In this document: positions 36,273 to 46,764 of the stretch, in pieces | Layout: every line of letters starts with the position of its first letter | Position numbering within the stretch: position 1 is the stretch's first letter | Origin: Gemmatimonadales bacterium | GTDB lineage: Bacteria > Gemmatimonadota > Gemmatimonadetes > Gemmatimonadales > GWC2-71-9 | Reading direction: 5' to 3' | NCBI GenBank assembly: GCA_037189525.1 | Contig: JBBCJC010000001.1 | Location: 704,001-768,000 of the forward strand | DNA: 64,000 nt | Translations under genes and position numbers: made by a program | Notes under the pieces: model-generated | Told to the model about the DNA's origin: nothing | The model's database searches: none | The model's input: the letters and a program-made list of their open reading frames with translations, nothing else

Positions 36273-39200
36273 TCAGCGACGCTCGGGCGCCATCCACCAC
36301 TGCGTGGTCGGCAAGGACCGCTGCCGAGGCCAGACTTCGTCCAACGAGTCGGACTGATAAATCCGGCCGTTCTTCATGATCAGCCGGATCGTGTTGGTCT
36401 GGCGGATGTCCGCCAAAGGATTGCCGTCGAGCACTTGGAGATCGGCGAGCTTGCCGGGCTCGAGCGAGCCGAGATCGGCAAGGTGACCGATGGCCTGCGC
36501 GCCGACGACGGTGGCGGAACGCAGCACCTCGAGCGGAGTCATACCTCCCATCGCCAATCCCCACATCTCGAAGTGGTAGCCGATGCCCTGCATATTGCCG
36601 TGCGAGCCTACCGCCACCCGTCCTCCGGCTCGAGCGATGGCCGCGGCATCCTGGGCCATCTTCCTGAATCCATACATTTCATCGGGCCGCCACTGGCTCG
36701 AGGCGGCGCGCTGTTCCAGATATGCCTGGGGCCAGAACCGGCGCACCTTGGCCTCGCCGCGAATATCGTAGCGGGACGTGAAATACTCCTGCACCCCGCC
36801 CGTCCCGTAGGCGATCATCAACACCGGGGTATACGTGGTCTGGCTCTGCGCGGCAAGCTTGATCACGTCCTTGAAGAGCGGATATACCGGGAAGGTGTGC
36901 TCCTCACCGGCGTAGCCGTCCAGCATCCGGGTCAGCTGGACCGTGAAGTCGGCGTCCCCCTCGTTGGTGGGAGACAGACGCAGTTCCTGAGACACCTGCG
37001 CCACCCATTGCCGGCGGCGCCGGTCGCCCAGAGCGTAGGCCTTGATCGTCTCGGTCTTGAAGTAGTCTGAATTGCGACGCAGCACGTTGCGGACATCGTC
37101 CAGCGTGTTGAACGTCTCGTTGACGAAGAAGCCTCGGCCGGTGCTGAAGATCCGCGGACCGATCATGTCACCGCTCTCGACCCGGTCGGAATAGTCGAGG
37201 ACATCGAGCGCGCCGGTCTGCGGATCCCGCGTCGTGGTCACGCCGTACGCCAGGTTGGCATAGTACTGCCACGACTCGGTGCGATGTAGGCCCCAGCCCA
37301 TGCCGAACATGTGCGCGTGGGTGTCGACATACCCTGGGACGATCGTCTTGCCGGCCACGTCGACGACATGCGCGCCGGCCGGGATCGCGAAACTGCCCTG
37401 CGGTCCGACGGCGGCAATTCGGTTGCCGCGCACCAGCAGGTCGCCGTTTTCGATGACCTCGTCCCCTCGCATCGTGATGATCCGGGCGCCACGAAGCACC
37501 GCGACACCGGTCGGGCGGTCCTTGGGCACGGTGATCCGGATGTCCAGGCGTCGCGCAGGAGCGTCGAGATTCGAGACATCGGTGAGAAAGAGCGATGAAC
37601 CGAGCGCATGCACCAGGCGGGTACCGTCCGCGCTCCAGCTGATGTAGTTGCCTGCAATATCGGTGAGCCGCTTGATCGGTAGCGGACCGCTTCCCTTGCC
37701 GCGGAGGGAGAAGGTCGGCGCCGCGCCCACCGGCGACACATCGGCGACGAACACCTGCTGTCCGCCCAGCAAGGCCAGGTGGCGTCCGCCAGGCGACAAG
37801 ACGATGTCTTCGGCCGGTTCCGTTCCCGAAGCGTTCCAGGGGATCTGATCGGCCCGGGCCAGCAGCCGGCGATCGGTTCCGTCGAACCGCATCGAGTAGA
37901 GACCATTATCGCTGTTCTCATACAGGACGATGCGATCGGCCTCGGGCCCGAAATGCGGCACGCCATAATACGGAGGCACCAGCCGAGAGAGATACTCGAT
38001 GTGCCGGACAGTGGTCGGAGCGCCACCCGCGGCCGGAATCCAGCGCAGATCGGCCGAAGCGGCTGACGGCTCACTGAAACCGAGCTCGCTGGCTTCGAAG
38101 CGATCGGCTCGAGACATCGTCACGAAAAACAACTTCGACCCGTCGGGTGAGTACACCAGCTTTTCGTAGAACGCCGGGACCGTCGTCAACCGGGTCGAGG
38201 GCCCGCCTTGGGCCGGGACCCGATAGATGTGTCCGCCGGTACTGTCGTCCCAGGTCGAGTAGGCAATGGCGCGCCCGTCCGGCGTCCAGGCCGGAGCATA
38301 CTCGCTGACCGTTCCGGTCGTGAGGCGACGGGCATCGGCAATGGTGCCGCCCGAAGCCGGCAGGTCCGCAACCCAGAGCCGATCGAGCGCGATGAAGGCC
38401 ACACGCTTGCCGTCCGGTGAGAGGCGAGGCACCCGGATCTGGCGCACCTCGACCGTCGAATCGTTGAACGCATACTGGAACTGCGAGGACGCGGCAATCT
38501 GCTGATCGACGTCCGCCGAAAAGGGGATCGTGCTGACTTCACCGGTGGGAACGGCAATCCGCCGGACCTTGCCGTGATACGCCGCGATCAACGACCGGCT
38601 ATCGGGCGTAAAAGCCATGCCCGGCATCAGATCCCGGGTGGCTCGCGAGCTCATCTGGTCGCGCTGCGCATCGAGCACCAGCCAGCGCTCGTCTCCGGTG
38701 GTCAGGTCCCGCAGACGCAGCGCGGTTCCGTCACCCCGCCGGGTTCCGTAGACCAGCCACCGGCCGTCGGGGCTCAACACCGGGCGCACCGCGCCGCCAC
38801 GCAGATTGGTCCGGCGAATCGATTCATTGGTGCGGAGATCGAGCGTGAACAGCTGCGCATTCGTGCCGGAGGTCGAGTACCAGATCCTGGTGGAATCTGC
38901 GAACGCCGCCCCCAGGTAGCTGGACCCCGACGCGCCCCGTGCCGCCTCGACGGTACCCGCGCCCTGCGCACCACCCGTCAGGCGCTGTCCGCTCCCACCC
39001 GAAAGCGGAAACAGGTAGAGGTCGTACGCAGACGGCAAGCGGATGAACGGCGGCGTACGAGCGGGACCGCTGTTGTGCGCCACCAGGATGGCGCGCCCAT
39101 CGAGCGTCCAGCGCGGTGAGACGTAGTCGTACTGGTACCCTTCCGTCCGCGTGATCTGCCGGAGATTCCGCCCCGCGGTGTCCGCGATCCAGACATTCGA

Positions 39201-39545
39201 TGCTCCGCTCCGATCACTGACAAAGACGATCGACTTGCCGTCGGGCGAGAACCGGGGCATCGCGTCGAAGCCCGCGCCGCTGGTAATCTGCCTGGCTTTG
39301 CCGCCTTCGATCGGCATACGGTAGAGATCGCCCAGCAGATCGAACAACAGCGTCCGGCCGTCCGGCGACACGTCGACCGAGATCCAAGTACCCTCGTCCG
39401 TGGTGAAGCGAAGTGACCGAGGCGTCGACAGGGTCAACCCGCTGTCCGCCGCCGATCGTGCCTGCGCGAGGGCCCCGTCGATCGGAGCAACCGCGAATGC
39501 CAGTACAGTCAAAACGAATATCCCGCCGCGAGGAGTTACTCGCAT
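36273..39545 (-). CDS. Secreted TolB/PD40 beta-propeller + amidohydrolase fusion
   Basis: FTTDEGTWISVDVSPDG and repeated SPDG units; PGYVDTHAH, YGVTTTRDP, GSHG, GSLEPGKLADL. Start ATG 39545 is approximate. Confidence 0.85.
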   Translation of the reverse strand: MRVTPRGGIFVLTVLAFAVAPIDGALAQARSAADSGLTLSTPRSLRFTTDEGTWISVDVSPDGRTLLFDLLGDLYRMPIEGGKARQITSGAGFDAMPRFSPDGKSIVFVSDRSGASNVWIADTAGRNLRQITRTEGYQYDYVSPRWTLDGRAILVAHNSGPARTPPFIRLPSAYDLYLFPLSGGSGQRLTGGAQGAGTVEAARGASGSSYLGAAFADSTRIWYSTSGTNAQLFTLDLRTNESIRRTNLRGGAVRPVLSPDGRWLVYGTRRGDGTALRLRDLTTGDERWLVLDAQRDQMSSRATRDLMPGMAFTPDSRSLIAAYHGKVRRIAVPTGEVSTIPFSADVDQQIAASSQFQYAFNDSTVEVRQIRVPRLSPDGKRVAFIALDRLWVADLPASGGTIADARRLTTGTVSEYAPAWTPDGRAIAYSTWDDSTGGHIYRVPAQGGPSTRLTTVPAFYEKLVYSPDGSKLFFVTMSRADRFEASELGFSEPSAASADLRWIPAAGGAPTTVRHIEYLSRLVPPYYGVPHFGPEADRIVLYENSDNGLYSMRFDGTDRRLLARADQIPWNASGTEPAEDIVLSPGGRHLALLGGQQVFVADVSPVGAAPTFSLRGKGSGPLPIKRLTDIAGNYISWSADGTRLVHALGSSLFLTDVSNLDAPARRLDIRITVPKDRPTGVAVLRGARIITMRGDEVIENGDLLVRGNRIAAVGPQGSFAIPAGAHVVDVAGKTIVPGYVDTHAHMFGMGWGLHRTESWQYYANLAYGVTTTRDPQTGALDVLDYSDRVESGDMIGPRIFSTGRGFFVNETFNTLDDVRNVLRRNSDYFKTETIKAYALGDRRRRQWVAQVSQELRLSPTNEGDADFTVQLTRMLDGYAGEEHTFPVYPLFKDVIKLAAQSQTTYTPVLMIAYGTGGVQEYFTSRYDIRGEAKVRRFWPQAYLEQRAASSQWRPDEMYGFRKMAQDAAAIARAGGRVAVGSHGNMQGIGYHFEMWGLAMGGMTPLEVLRSATVVGAQAIGHLADLGSLEPGKLADLQVLDGNPLADIRQTNTIRLIMKNGRIYQSDSLDEVWPRQRSLPTTQWWMAPERR

Positions 39546-39721
39546 GATTCGCCTGTATCGATGAGGAATTGAAGGAGGTCCGATCACGCTACGACTCGGT
39601 GGCTATTCCGACAAATATATCCTCATTTATCCTCGCTCGGCCGCAGTCCGGCGAAGGGGTATCCCGCACCAAGCGAACCTTGCGATGACCGAACCTCGTC
39701 GGGGGATGCGCCTGATGCGGA

Positions 39722-39747
39722 GCCGTGATAATTTGTGGCGTCACGGC
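39722..39747 (+). promoter_or_regulatory. Inverted repeat overlapping a -10-like element upstream of nrfH
   Basis: GCCGTGA-N12-TCACGGC enclosing GATAAT/TAATTT. Confidence 0.3.
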
Positions 39748-39784
39748 ACCGCAGTCTACGACGCGTTCTCGACATCGGAGACGG

Positions 39785-40246
39785 ATGCGCGACTCCCCTC
39801 ACCATCGCGGCTCAACCACCCTGCTCGTCGTCGTTGCCCTCATCGGCATCGGTCTCGGCGTGGGGATGTTCACCTTTTCCTACGGGAAAGGAGCATCCTA
39901 CCTGACCAACGACCCCGCGGCATGCGCCAACTGCCATATCATGGAGCCGCAATACTCCGCCTGGCTCACCGGCAGCCATCGCAAGGCGGCGACCTGCAAC
40001 GATTGCCATACACCCGACGGCATGATCGCGAAGTACGTGACCAAAGCGAGTAACGGGTTCTGGCACTCCACGGCATTCACGTCCGGAATCTTTCACGAGC
40101 CGATCCAGATCAAGGCTTCGAATCGCGCTATTGCCGAGCAACGTTGTCGTGATTGCCATGAACCGATGGTTCATGCTATCCTGGCGAATAACGACGGATC
40201 GGTCAGCTGCCTTTCGTGCCACCAATCGGTCGGGCATCGACGATGA
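39785..40246 (+). CDS. nrfH: Cytochrome c nitrite reductase small subunit (tetraheme, membrane anchored)
   Basis: ATG 39785 after GGAG; TM helix; SYLTNDPAACANCH, CNDCH, CRDCH, CLSCH..VGH. Confidence 0.92.
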   Translation: MRDSPHHRGSTTLLVVVALIGIGLGVGMFTFSYGKGASYLTNDPAACANCHIMEPQYSAWLTGSHRKAATCNDCHTPDGMIAKYVTKASNGFWHSTAFTSGIFHEPIQIKASNRAIAEQRCRDCHEPMVHAILANNDGSVSCLSCHQSVGHRR

Positions 40247-40274
40247 TCGTACACGCACTGCCGGAGGAGAATTG

Positions 40275-41678
40275 ATGACTGAGCGTCCCAACCGCCCTCG
40301 CCGTCTGCTGCTGGTAGGGCTCGCAGCTGCATTGACGACGGTGGCCGTGCTCGCCCTGCTCGTCAACATCGTCGAGCGTAAGCAGGAAGCGCGCGCCCCG
40401 TTCTTCCAGGTCGTGGAGATTACCGACACCACGGAGGCGCCCGAGGTTTGGGGACGCAATTTCCCGCATCAGTACGACAGCTACCGGCGGACGGTGGATC
40501 AGGAGCGAACCCGGTTCGGAGGCAGCGAGGCGATGCCGCGCACGCCGACTTCCGCGGACCCCCGATCGGTCGTTGCGCAGTCGCGTCTCGATGAGGATCC
40601 TCGGCTGCGCACCATGTGGGCGGGCTACGCCTTTTCCCGTGATTTCCGGGAAGAACGCGGGCATGCCTACATGCTGGACGATCAGACGTTCACCGAGCGC
40701 CAGGCCGTCGGCCAGCCGGGCACGTGCATGCATTGTCATGCCTCGGTGTATCTGCCCTACATGCGTCTCGGCAACGGCGACCTGACCCGCGGCTTCGAGC
40801 TGATGAACCAGATGCCGTACGCCGAAGCGCGCACCAAGGTGACGCATCCGGTGGCGTGCATCGACTGTCACACGCCAGGCACAATGGAACTGCGGGTCAC
40901 TCGGCCCGGATTCATCGAAGGGCTCAGAGCATACAAGGCCTCCCAGGGCGTGCCCGACTATGACGTGAACCGGGATGCCACCCGCCAGGAAAAGCGCGCC
41001 TTCGTCTGCGGCCAGTGCCACGTGGAGTACTACTTCAAAGGCTCGGAGAAGCGTCTTACCTATCCGTGGTCCAAGGGACTCAAAGTCGATCAGATCTACG
41101 CCTACTACGACAGCGTAGCATTTCGAGATTGGGTCCACGCAGAGACGGGCGCCGAGGTCCTGAAGGCGCAACATCCCGAATTCGAGATGTGGAACCAGGG
41201 TGTTCATGCCAGGTCAGGCGTGACCTGCGCCGACTGCCATATGCCGTATCAACGGGTCGGCGCGCTCAAGGTGACCGACCACCATATTCGCAGTCCGCTG
41301 CTCAATGTGAGCAACGCATGCCAGACCTGTCATCCGGTAGCCGCGGATGAACTCAAAGCCCGGGCCGAACTGATCCAGGAGAACACCTATCGCCTGCGGG
41401 ACCAGGCCATGGATGCGCTGGTCGGCCTGATCGGGGATCTCTCTGCCGCCCGGACCGCGGGACGTCCCGACGCCGAACTGAGCACCGCGCGGAGCCTGCA
41501 ACGGCGAGCCCAGTTCTATCTCGACTTCATCGAGGCAGAGAACTCGATGGGATTCCACGCACCGCAGGAAGCCGCGCGCATCCTTGGTGAAGCAATCGAC
41601 TACGCCCGCCAGGGACAGATTGCCATCCGTGATCGCGCTTTTCATCCGCGCCTCCCGCCCGTACCGGCAGCACGCTGA
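40275..41678 (+). CDS. nrfA: Ammonia-forming pentaheme cytochrome c nitrite reductase, CXXCH type
   Basis: ATG 40275 after GGAGGAG; MWAGYAF, EERGH, CMHCH, CIDCH, CGQCHVEY, KAQHPEFE, CADCHMP, CQTCH, ENSMGFH. Confidence 0.93.
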   Translation: MTERPNRPRRLLLVGLAAALTTVAVLALLVNIVERKQEARAPFFQVVEITDTTEAPEVWGRNFPHQYDSYRRTVDQERTRFGGSEAMPRTPTSADPRSVVAQSRLDEDPRLRTMWAGYAFSRDFREERGHAYMLDDQTFTERQAVGQPGTCMHCHASVYLPYMRLGNGDLTRGFELMNQMPYAEARTKVTHPVACIDCHTPGTMELRVTRPGFIEGLRAYKASQGVPDYDVNRDATRQEKRAFVCGQCHVEYYFKGSEKRLTYPWSKGLKVDQIYAYYDSVAFRDWVHAETGAEVLKAQHPEFEMWNQGVHARSGVTCADCHMPYQRVGALKVTDHHIRSPLLNVSNACQTCHPVAADELKARAELIQENTYRLRDQAMDALVGLIGDLSAARTAGRPDAELSTARSLQRRAQFYLDFIEAENSMGFHAPQEAARILGEAIDYARQGQIAIRDRAFHPRLPPVPAAR

Positions 41679-41690
41679 CTCCTGCCCGAT

Positions 41691-41721
41691 CCCGCCCCCT
41701 GGCCCGAGGCCAGGGGGCGGG
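41691..41721 (+). terminator. Hairpin after nrfA
   Basis: CCCGCCCCCTGGCC-cga-GGCCAGGGGGCGGG. Confidence 0.65.
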
Positions 41722-41781
41722 TGATCTTTCAGTCTCCGCTCAGACAACCTGCCCTCTTTCCGCGCCCGGCGCCCCGCTGCC

Positions 41782-43971
41782 ATGTCCGTTCCTTTCCGAT
41801 ACTCAGGCTTGATCATCGCGGCGGCCCTTGCCGCCTGTGCACCCGAGACGCCGGCGAATCCCGACGTCGCCCGCTGGGAAGCGCGGGCCCGCAACGTCAC
41901 CATCATCCGCGACGACTGGGGCATTCCACACATCTCGGCCAAGACCGACGCCGATGCCGTCTTCGGTCTGATGTATGCCCAGGCCGAAGACGACTTCAAC
42001 CGGGTCGAGACCAACTACCTCAATTCGATGGGCCGGCTGGCGGAAGCGGAGGGAGAAACGGAGATCTACCGCGACCTCCGGATGAAGCTGTTCATCGACC
42101 CCGACAGCATGCGCGCCAAGTACGCGGCGAGCCCCGAGTGGCTCAAGTCGCTGATGGACGCCTTTGCCGATGGGCTCAATTACTACCTGCACAAACACCC
42201 CGAGGTGACACCGCGCGTCATCACCCGGTTCGAGCCGTGGATGGCCCTGACCTTCAGTGAAGGCAGCATCGGAGGTGACATCGAGCGGGTGTCGCTGCGC
42301 GAACTCGAGACGTTCTACGGCGGACGGCCGGCCCGAGTCGCTTCAGCGCACCAGACGATCGCGCCGCCGGACAACGAGCCGCGCGGATCGAACGGCATTG
42401 CCATCGCGCCCAAGAACACGGCGTCGGGCAAATCGATGCTGCTGATCAACCCTCACACCTCGTTCTTTTTCCGGGCGGAGGTCCACGTCACCAGCGAGGA
42501 AGGTCTCAACGCCTATGGCGCGGTGACCTGGGGGCAGTTCTTCGTCTACCAGGGATTCAACGACCGGGCCGGATGGATGCATACCTCGAGCGGCGTCGAC
42601 AACATCGACGAGTATCTCCTGACCGTCACGCCGACCGCCGATGGACACACCTACCGATACGAGAACGAAGACCGACCCGTGGTGAGCCGTACCATCACCA
42701 TTCCGTACAAAACGTCCACGGGCATGGAACAACGGAGCTTCACGGTCCACCGCACGCATCACGGCGCGGTCGTCCGCCAGCAGGATGGCAAGTGGATTGC
42801 CGTGAAACTGATGGAGGAACCGGTCAAAGCCCTCAGCCAGTCGTACAGCCGGACCAAGGCGAAGAGCTTGCAGGAGTTCCGCCAGACGATGGAGTTGCAC
42901 ACCAACTCATCCAACAATACCCTCTATGCGGACGCCGACGGCAACATCGCGTACTTTCACGCCAACTTCGTTCCCAAGCGCGACCCCAAGTTCGACTGGT
43001 CGCGGCCGGTGGACGGCAGCACTCCAGCCACAGAGTGGCAGGGCATCCACGGCATCGACGAATCGCCTAACGTGTTCAACCCGCCGATCGGCTGGGTCTA
43101 CAACACCAACAACTGGCCCTACTCCGCCGCCGGCCCCGACAGCCCGAGGCGCGAGCGCTTCCCGGCCTACATGGAGACGTTCCCGGAAAACCCCCGGGGC
43201 ATCAACGCAGTTCGCCAGCTGACCGGCCGGCAGGGCATCACGCTCGATACCTTGATTGCCATTGCCTACAACCGCTCGATGCCGGCGTTCGACGACCTGA
43301 TCCCCGCCCTGCTCAGCGCAGCCGACCAGACGCCGGCCGCCGATCCGCTCAAGGCGCGCCTGACGGAGCAACTCGACTCGCTGCGCAGCTGGAACCGCCA
43401 GTGGGACGTGGCATCCGTTCCGACGTCGCTCGCCGTGTTCTGGGGTGAAGAGTTGTGGCAACGAGTGCGCGACGTCACCGACCGTGGCAATCTCTCGGTC
43501 TATGAGTACATGGCTCGCCGGACCAGTCCGCAAGTTCGCCTGGAGGCGCTGGCCGCCGCATCCGACAAGCTGACCGCCGACTTCGGCACCTGGAAGACTC
43601 CCTGGGGCGACATCAACCGGTTCCAACGCATCACCGGCGACATCGTCCACCCGTTCGACGATGCCGGGCCGAGCCTGCCGGTCGGGTTCACGTCGGGACG
43701 CTGGGGATCGCTGGCCGTCTTTGGCGCGCGGGCCTATCCCGGAACCAAGAAATGGTACGGGACGAGCGGCAATAGCTTCGTAGCCGCCGTCGAGTTCGGC
43801 GACAGCGTCCGGGCTCGCGCCATCACGGCCGGGGGCCAGAGCGGTCATCCGAGTTCACCGCATTTCAAGGATCAGGCCGAGCGGTACAGTACGGGGGCGT
43901 TGAGAGAGGTGTACTTCTATCCCAATCAGCTGGTCGGACACACTCAGCGAACCTACCACCCGGGCGAGTGA
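41782..43971 (+). CDS. Penicillin acylase family (Ntn hydrolase) lipoprotein
   Basis: LAAC lipobox; IIRDDWGIPHI, YAQAED, GSNG (nucleophile Ser), LINPH, YADADGNI, GGQSG.P.SPHF.DQ. Confidence 0.9.
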   Translation: MSVPFRYSGLIIAAALAACAPETPANPDVARWEARARNVTIIRDDWGIPHISAKTDADAVFGLMYAQAEDDFNRVETNYLNSMGRLAEAEGETEIYRDLRMKLFIDPDSMRAKYAASPEWLKSLMDAFADGLNYYLHKHPEVTPRVITRFEPWMALTFSEGSIGGDIERVSLRELETFYGGRPARVASAHQTIAPPDNEPRGSNGIAIAPKNTASGKSMLLINPHTSFFFRAEVHVTSEEGLNAYGAVTWGQFFVYQGFNDRAGWMHTSSGVDNIDEYLLTVTPTADGHTYRYENEDRPVVSRTITIPYKTSTGMEQRSFTVHRTHHGAVVRQQDGKWIAVKLMEEPVKALSQSYSRTKAKSLQEFRQTMELHTNSSNNTLYADADGNIAYFHANFVPKRDPKFDWSRPVDGSTPATEWQGIHGIDESPNVFNPPIGWVYNTNNWPYSAAGPDSPRRERFPAYMETFPENPRGINAVRQLTGRQGITLDTLIAIAYNRSMPAFDDLIPALLSAADQTPAADPLKARLTEQLDSLRSWNRQWDVASVPTSLAVFWGEELWQRVRDVTDRGNLSVYEYMARRTSPQVRLEALAAASDKLTADFGTWKTPWGDINRFQRITGDIVHPFDDAGPSLPVGFTSGRWGSLAVFGARAYPGTKKWYGTSGNSFVAAVEFGDSVRARAITAGGQSGHPSSPHFKDQAERYSTGALREVYFYPNQLVGHTQRTYHPGE

Positions 43972-43986
43972 TCGAGGCGGTCGAGG

Positions 43987-44026
43987 ACGGCGCCCCGAGG
44001 ACTTCACGTCCCCGGGGGCGCCGTTT
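43987..44026. terminator. Hairpin between convergent genes
   Basis: ACGGCGCCCC (43987-43996) pairs with GGGGCGCCGT (44015-44024). Confidence 0.6.
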
Positions 44027-44030
44027 GCGC

Positions 44031-44945
44031 TCAGCCCATCGAGGCCGGTCGAACCAGGAACAGCGGTCGCTCCGCGCCGCGGATGACCTTGTCGGCCACC
44101 GTCCCCAGCAAGGGGGCCGTCATCCCGCTCCCGCCGTGCGTCGTCATGGCCACGAAATCATGCCCGCATGTTTCGATCTGCTGCAGAATGGTGGGCGCGA
44201 CTCCCATACCGACCACCACGCGTGTCGCAACCTGGACCCCCTGGGCCCGCAGTTGATCGGCAAGGCCATCGAGATAGCGCTGCGCCTCACGATACTCGAT
44301 GCTCACGTTCGGGTCCCGGTCCGACCCCGACCAGCCGGCCAGGGTGCCTAACGCGTCCGAAGCAGGCTCCAGGACGTGCATGAGCGTCAGGTGCGACTGG
44401 TGCAAGGCCGCAAATCCCGCCACCGGCTCGAGCACGGCCTCGGCAGCTGCCGTCCGGTCCAGCAGCACGAGACCACGGCGGAACGAACAATCCGCGATGT
44501 CGTCGACCGCCCCGGGAAGCAGGAGAATCGGCCGCCCCGCGTGTCTGATGACGTAATCCGCGACACTGCCAAACCAGAGTCGGCCCATCGCGCCGCGTCC
44601 GTGCGTCGACATGACGACCAGGTCCGGACGCGACAACTCCATCTCGGCAATCAATGCCGCCCCGGGCACCCCCTCGATCAGGCGAAACCCGACCGGTACC
44701 CCGCCCGCGTGCGCGTTGGCCAGCGCAAGTTCCGCCAGATAGGTCTTTTCCCTGACGCGTACGGCCTGACCGTCGGGATCGCCCGAGTAACCGGCTCCGA
44801 CCGGAGCAGGAACCGCGGCCGCCTCGTGCGCCATGACCACCGTTAGGGATGCCCGGGCGGACTTTGCCAGCCGCCGAGCTACGGGAACCGCCACCTCACT
44901 GAAACGAGACCCGTCGACCGACACCATCACCGATTGGATTGCCAT
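44031..44945 (-). CDS. Tandem-domain universal stress protein
   Basis: VSVDGS, DLVVMSTHGRG...GSVA, AMTTHGGSG...LGTVADKVIR. Confidence 0.9.
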   Translation of the reverse strand: MAIQSVMVSVDGSRFSEVAVPVARRLAKSARASLTVVMAHEAAAVPAPVGAGYSGDPDGQAVRVREKTYLAELALANAHAGGVPVGFRLIEGVPGAALIAEMELSRPDLVVMSTHGRGAMGRLWFGSVADYVIRHAGRPILLLPGAVDDIADCSFRRGLVLLDRTAAAEAVLEPVAGFAALHQSHLTLMHVLEPASDALGTLAGWSGSDRDPNVSIEYREAQRYLDGLADQLRAQGVQVATRVVVGMGVAPTILQQIETCGHDFVAMTTHGGSGMTAPLLGTVADKVIRGAERPLFLVRPASMG

Positions 44946-45101
44946 TGGACTCCTCCGCTATTCAGCCCTATACCTGCAAACTGGCGCCGGACCCGTGAGC
45001 CGATCCTGAGCAACGTATGATGGAACGTTCATGATCGGCCGCCCAGAGCCGTCGGGAGCCTGTTACTGTTCAGCAACACAGCCGACACGTTCGAGGACCG
45101 G

Positions 45102-46466
45102 ATGCCGATTCGAGCCACCAACCCAGCGACCGCCGAATCGGTCGCGGAGTACGAGACCCTGCTTCCCGACGCGACGGCGGCAGCCGTTGCCGAGGCTCAT
45201 GCCGCGTGGCTCAGGTGGAGGACGACGAGCTTTGCGGACCGAGCCCGCCTGTTCCGGGGCATGGCCGAACGATTGCGGAGTCGGAAGGACGAGCTGGCCC
45301 GGCTCATGGCGATCGAGATGGGTAAGCCGCTCGCCCAAGGCCGAGCGGAAGTCGACAAGTGCGCCTGGGTATGCGAGTACTACGCGGAGCACGCGGAAAG
45401 CCACCTGGCGCACGACGTGATTCCGACGGACGCGGCCCGATCCTATGTCGCCTTCGAACCGCTCGGCGTGATTCTCGCCGTGATGCCGTGGAACTTTCCG
45501 CTCTGGCAGGTCTATCGTTTTGCCGCGCCCGCGCTGATGGCGGGCAACGTGGGCGTGCTCAAGCATGCCTCCAACGTTCCGGGCTGCGCGCTCGTCATCG
45601 AGGAGCTTTTCCGGCAAGCCGGGTTCCCGGACGGCGTCTTCCGCACACTGCTCGTGGGCAGCGACCAGGTCCGGGCGGTCATCGACCACCCGCTGGTTCG
45701 GGCCGTGACGCTGACCGGGAGTACGCCCGCCGGTAAGTCGGTGGCTGCGCAGGCAGGCGCCGCCCTCAAGAAGACCGTGCTCGAACTCGGCGGATCGGAC
45801 CCCTATCTGATCTTGGAAGACGCCGACCTCGAGCAGGCGGTTGCGACCTGCGTCGCCGCCCGGCTGGTCAACAGCGGGCAGAGCTGCGTGGCCGCCAAAC
45901 GATTCATCGCAGTGGAGGCAATCCGGGAGGCATTCACAGAGCGCTTCACCGCCCTGATGCGCACCAAGAAGATGGGCGACCCGCTCGATGCCGGCACCGA
46001 CGTCGGTCCTCAGGCACGGCACGATCTTCGAGACGAACTGCACCAGCAGGTGGTCACCTCGGTCGCCAAAGGGGCTGTGGTCCGGTTGGGCGGCGAGATT
46101 CCCGAAGGCCCTGGAGCGTTTTACCCACCGACCGTGCTGACCAACGTGACCGCGGGAATGCCTGCGCACGACGAGGAGCTGTTCGGTCCGGTGGCCGCGA
46201 TCATCGCCGCGCGCGATGAAGAGGACGCCATTCGGATTGCCAACGACACCATCTTCGGATTGGGCGCCGCCGTCTTCACCCGCGACCTCGAGCGCGGCGA
46301 GCGAGTGGCCCGCCGGCTCGAGGCCGGGTGCGCTTTCGTCAACGGACAGGTCGCGTCGGACCCACGGCTGCCGTTCGGCGGCATCAAGGAATCAGGCTAT
46401 GGACGCGAACTCGGCGTCTACGGCATCCGGGAGTTCGTCAACGCCAAGACGGTCGTGATCCGGTAG
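45102..46466 (+). CDS. NAD(P)-dependent succinate-semialdehyde dehydrogenase-like aldehyde dehydrogenase
   Basis: MPWNFPLWQV, LKHASN, TLTGS, LELGGSDP, NSGQSC, EELFGP, PFGGIKESGYGREL. Confidence 0.9.
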   Translation: MPIRATNPATAESVAEYETLLPDATAAAVAEAHAAWLRWRTTSFADRARLFRGMAERLRSRKDELARLMAIEMGKPLAQGRAEVDKCAWVCEYYAEHAESHLAHDVIPTDAARSYVAFEPLGVILAVMPWNFPLWQVYRFAAPALMAGNVGVLKHASNVPGCALVIEELFRQAGFPDGVFRTLLVGSDQVRAVIDHPLVRAVTLTGSTPAGKSVAAQAGAALKKTVLELGGSDPYLILEDADLEQAVATCVAARLVNSGQSCVAAKRFIAVEAIREAFTERFTALMRTKKMGDPLDAGTDVGPQARHDLRDELHQQVVTSVAKGAVVRLGGEIPEGPGAFYPPTVLTNVTAGMPAHDEELFGPVAAIIAARDEEDAIRIANDTIFGLGAAVFTRDLERGERVARRLEAGCAFVNGQVASDPRLPFGGIKESGYGRELGVYGIREFVNAKTVVIR

Positions 46467-46534
46467 CTCAGCGGCTCACTGTGTCTCGAGCCGGGCTTTG
46501 ACGCCTGCGTACTTGATCTGGTACTGGCCGATCC

Positions 46535-46756
46535 TCAGCTGCTGCGTCGGACCGGGCTCGGCTTCTCCAGCCCCGCAAAACCCAGCCGGATGAGGATCGT
46601 CTCCATCAGACACCAGCGTGTGAACGCCGACTGGATCAGGTTGAGGCCGACGAAGGCCGTGAACAAGTACCAGTACGGGCTCACCCAGGTGCCGAGCGCG
46701 AGCGAGAGCAGGACGAATGTACCGGCGATGAGTCGGATCCGATGATGTAGCGACAT
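46535..46756 (-). CDS. DUF2892 (YgaP-like) small membrane protein
   Basis: RLIAG..VL...FVGLNLIQSAFTRWCLM; two TM segments and a conserved Cys. Confidence 0.85.
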   Translation of the reverse strand: MSLHHRIRLIAGTFVLLSLALGTWVSPYWYLFTAFVGLNLIQSAFTRWCLMETILIRLGFAGLEKPSPVRRSS

Positions 46757-46764
46757 GGAATTCC

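Noticed and set aside
45016..45036. Possible FNR/CRP box between usp and the aldehyde dehydrogenase gene (and upstream of nrfH)
   Set aside because: TGA/TCA spacing is N8 here (N12 at nrfH), not the N6 of FNR/CRP sites.
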